Position numbers and translations under genes: made by a program. Positions 60,300-64,000 of a stretch of 64,000 nt of DNA are shown here, in pieces (within the stretch, counting starts at the first letter, position 1; each line of letters opens with the position of its first letter). This DNA comes from Pristiophorus japonicus (Eukaryota). The DNA lies in assembly GCF_044704955.1 (NCBI RefSeq), contig NC_091997.1, positions 85,684,001 through 85,748,000 of the forward strand, in the 5' to 3' direction. Below the pieces are notes generated by a model. That model did no database searches. It saw nothing but the letters and a program-made list of their open reading frames with translations, and was not told where the DNA came from.

Positions 60300-61800
60300 C
60301 ATGTCTCATCCATATCTCAGTGAATGTTCACTTCCTCATAGGGGTGTCATTTGATTGGCCGGGCTGTGTGCCCTTATTGCAGCAGCTACCTCAACCAGGC
60401 CCTCCCTGACGGCCTGTGCCGTCATTTGCATGCCCCCCCGACGGCCTGTACTGTTGATTGCACTCTCTCGGACATTCCCTCCCTAAGTTCCCGTGCCATT
60501 ACTGCTTTTTCTCCTGTCAGGACCGACAACTCTTCACCCACTGCACTGACGCCACCGATGAGTGATCGGGTAAGCTCATTGGTCTCCATACCCAACGCCA
60601 CAACCTGAGCCGCATCTGTTGCATGCTGCATCTCAGGAGAGCGTGTCTCCAATCTCCTTCTCCTCTGCCTGGGTCTGCCTCGTGGCACCACTACACTGGG
60701 AGGCGCGGGCACGGACAGTGGGACGCTCTGTGTTGCAAGCGGCACCACTACACAGGGAGGCGCGGGCTGGGACTGTGGGACGCTCTGTGTTCCAGACGGC
60801 AGAACTAGAGGGAGAGACTCGGGTTGAAATGCTGGGATGCTCTGTGTTGCAGACGGCAGAACTAGAGGGAGAGGCTCGGGTTGGAATGCTGGAATGCTCT
60901 GTGTTGCAGACGGCAGAACTAGAGGGAGAGGCTCGGGCTGGAACGGTAGGACGCTCTGTGTTGCAGACGGCAGTACTAGAGAGAGAGGCTCGGGCTGGGA
61001 TGGTGGGGCGCTCGGTGTTCCAGACAACAGCACTCGAGTGCGAGCCATGGGCTGGGATGTTGGACGAATGAGTATAAACTGCTCCATGATATCAGCAGCA
61101 GCACTGGGACCCGCAGCGTCGGAATCAAAACCATAGTAGATGGAGCCAGAACCTATGCGAGAGGGAGGAGCAGGCTCGGACGGTAGTGCACTGACTGTAG
61201 AAAGCTGCATTATACCAGCAGCACCACTGGGACCCGCAACATCGGAAGCAAAACCATGGAAGGTGGAACCAAGACCTATGCTAGGGGTTGAAACTCTGAT
61301 GCCCCTTGATGGGGGCTCAAACATTAAATTGGAAGCTCTCCCCTGCAGACATTTCAGTCATCGCTGCCATCATCCAGTCTGGTTCATCCACATCTGGTTG
61401 ATCTGTATCTTCAGGATCCTCAGGGTTGGCAGCAGCAGCACCACCTTCATCATCATCATCATCATCAACATCATCATCATCATCATGTTCTGCAAAATAC
61501 ATCAGAACAGTCAAATGTTTAACAGCAAGGGAGGGGGCCGGATGGATGGCATGAGTACTCTCACACATAGCAGGTTAGGCAGCAGGTTGATTTAAAGGGC
61601 CACGATGCATTTTCAGGACTTACCCTCTTCCTCGTGTGCAGGCCCAGCTTGTGCTGTACTGATTGCTTTTCTCCATGTACCACTCATCATAGCAGCTACC
61701 CTCTGTTCCAAGGGTGTCAGTGGATGCAGATTGGGCATGCCTCCTCCTGTCCGAGTTGCCTCCCTTTTGTTGTGGGCCAATTTCTTCTGCAAAGAGTAAA
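60300..61800 (-). pseudogene. 3' part of the Harbinger accessory gene (Myb/SANT-type by position)
   Basis: Convergent ORFs 60422..61324 and 61317..61568 with acidic run, Pro/Ser repeats and coiled-coil-like end; the Myb domain itself is not seen. Confidence 0.6.
60690..61030 (-). repeat. 60-bp coding tandem repeat (about 5-6 copies)
   Basis: GCTCTGTGTTGCAGACGGCAGAACTAGAG recurs at about 60-bp spacing; encodes [19 protein letters not shown]-like units. Confidence 0.9.
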
Positions 61801-61861
61801 ATCTAACTTTTTACAGAGTGTGTCAGTCTGCAAGGTGGGACATACAGATCGCCAGGTTACA

Positions 61862-62651
61862 TTGTCTCCGTATCCACTCTATCAAAATCTCTCATCGTTT
61901 TAAAGACCTCTGTTAGGTCACCCCTCAGCCCTCTTTTTTCATGATAAAAGAGACCTAGCCTTTTCATCCTTTCCTCATGTGTATACCCTCGCATTTCTGA
62001 TATCATCCTTGTAAATCTTCTCTGAACCCTCTCCAGTGCTTCCATATCCTTTTTATAATATGGCGACCAGAACTGTACGCAGAACAGGTGCAGCGCCTAA
62101 GACCCGAAACTCTCGGGACCGAGGCCATTCCGGATTCTGGGTTTTTCTGGACTTTCAATTTGCTTTCTGACATCACGAATCCGGAAACACCCACGCCCAG
62201 GTTTGAGTATTTCCGGATTTCGGAACATCTGAAAGGGGGGCGGGGGGGGTGCGGCGGGGATGGATTCCCACCAAGAAGCTGTTCGGGCCGCCTGGCCCCA
62301 CTGCCAAGGATGTTGTCGGGCGGGGCTCTGCCGGAAGGTTGTTGTCGGGTGGTCCCCGCCGAGGATGATATCGTCAGATGAGCCCCGCCGAGGAGATCAT
62401 CATCGGGTAGGTTGGCGAGGAGACCCCGAGGTAAGGGCAGCGACGTTGAGGTGAGCGGGGCTGGGTGAGCTGTAGCGAGGCCCAAGGTTGGGCAGCAACG
62501 GGGCCCCGAGGTGGGCAGGGTCATCGAGTCCAAATTTCCGGAACATTTTACGGATTCTGGACAACCCTACCACCAATCGTCCTGGAGTCTGGATTCCGGA
62601 ACATTCCGGATTCTGGACTCCGGATTCTCAATGCTGCACCTGTACTCTAAG
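61862..62651 (-). mobile_element. Old CR1 fragment, host of a MITE
   Basis: ORF 61857..62045 ALERVQRRFTRMI...RGDLTEVFK. Confidence 0.8.
62085..62642. mobile_element. Tc1/mariner-type MITE
   Basis: TIRs CAGGTGCAGC / GCTGCACCTG, TA on the right and AA on the left; host reads cgcag-TA-ctctaag when it is removed; repeated TCCGGA motifs in both arms. Confidence 0.75.
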
Positions 62652-63443
62652 GCCCTGGAATTGGTGGAAGCTAAGTTCTGCCCAAAGGACCGCTGAGATC
62701 CTGACGGTACTTTGGCCGGAAGTTTCATGGAAAAATCTTGGAAAGACCGCCCGGCGGCAAAAATGGGACTTACGCCCTGAATCTGGGCGGCAGCGGGAGG
62801 TAGTTCCCATTCTCGGCGGCAAATGCAATCCTCAGCTAAGTACGAGGGCGGAACTGATAAAATTAAACATTTTCACAAAATTAAAAAAACACTAGAAATC
62901 CTTCAGCGGACCCCATCCACCCGAATCCCTGCAAAAGAAATAAAGAAAAGAACTGCACTTACCTTTTATTGCAGGTCTTCATACTTACCGTTGAGGTTAG
63001 ACCTGCCTTCACGCGGCGGGCTTGTCCCCTGCTGGAGCGGAGGACCGCCCGGACCAAACTGTCAGCATTTACAATCATTCTCTCTGAAACTGACCCGAAC
63101 TTCAGGATGTCGCGCATCTAAACGCGGAAATCCTGACGTTGCGGTCAGTCATTCAACACTCTGACACAGGCGACGCTGTGGATCCCCTACCACCGACCCC
63201 ACCCCGTATTGCCGGCAATCAGTGAAATCAGTGCAGCTTTCCCACGCTAATTTTGCTGTTAAACACTCCATGAAATGTTAAGCCTTGTTAGATTAAGTGT
63301 AACTGGGGTTTTGACCAACAGTGTATTGACTGCAAAAAAAAAATCACGATTCCTTAATTTCCTGTGAGAGGCTTTGTTTCACGTTGACTGTTTAATGAGC
63401 TTTCCTGTCTCTATCTCTATCCCATTCTGCCCTTTCCCCGCAG

Positions 63444-63845
63444 GATCCACTTATCTCTTCTTCCGAGGACCAGGAGATGTCACCACTCTGCAATGCAACG
63501 TGCCCACCGGTGCTGGGAATAATGTAACCTTGTGCAGCTCCAGTGATGCCGGGTCAGGAATGGGTGAAATAAAATGTCAGCACCCAAAGAACGAGAAGCC
63601 ATGTGATGAAAATATCGGTCCTCAGGGAAGAAAAGGATACAGTGAGCCAGAGTGTACAAAATGCAAATTACATGACGACCAAACAGAGTCTCTGACATTC
63701 GCTGTGAAGACGATTAACTCGATGGTGTTTACCTTCATGGCTCAGGATTCCACAGAAGGAGGGGCATTGGAGTGTCCGTCCTGGCTCACACTGTCACAGT
63801 CGGGATGTGAAAACCACGACTTGTTCTTTGTGATAACCCAGGATG
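63444..63845 (+). CDS. Receptor copy C exon 2, Cys-rich Ig-like D1 variant
   Basis: Same splice sites as copy B, 402 nt open frame, 15 replacements and a QHP insertion. Confidence 0.85.
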
Positions 63846-64000
63846 GTAGGTGCACTGGGGCAATATCGCGGGAGGGAACGGGGCAGAATCGGGGGAGGGA
63901 TCGAGGAAGATATTCGGGAAGTATCGGGGGAGTGATCGGCAAGGTATTGCGAGAACATATAATGTAAGGTATTAGGTGAGACATTAGGGGAGATTTTTGG

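Larger units (their letters stand above)
57727..61860 (+). mobile_element. PIF/Harbinger DNA transposon, right end truncated
   Basis: Starts GGGGCCAAGTTTC where homology to unit 1 stops; transposase on + and a convergent second gene on -. Confidence 0.9.
41389..64000 (+). repeat. Tandem segmental duplication, unit 2 (runs off the window)
   Basis: Colinear with unit 1 but lacks four CR1 insertions and carries a Harbinger region in place of part of intron 1. Confidence 0.95.

Overview
Vertebrate genomic DNA, most likely from a cartilaginous fish (inferred from CR1 LINEs with (TTCTATGT)n tails, Deu-domain SINEs and Penelope-like elements). Most of the window is transposon-derived, and it is organised as a tandem segmental duplication: position 1 aligns with about 41389, so one full unit of about 41.4 kb is followed by a partial second unit. 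Each unit carries a spliced + strand gene that the ORF track shows only in fragments. I reconstructed it by hand from GT-AG sites with consistent intron phases as a roughly 529-aa type I membrane Ig-superfamily receptor: signal peptide, an atypical 9-cysteine Ig-like domain, a V-set domain with extra cysteines, an S/T stalk, an uncharged TM segment, and a tail with five tyrosines ending in ENPIYAKIEEA. Three copies are touched: the 3' end of copy A (5989-6378), all of copy B (28389-43892) and the 5' end of copy C (56512-63845). The units differ by young CR1 insertions, complementary deletions in a Gypsy element next to the promoter, a Harbinger replacement of part of intron 1, and a minisatellite-filled deletion. 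A minimal hammerhead ribozyme motif lies in a Penelope-like element. All alignments and counts were done by eye and no database searches were run.
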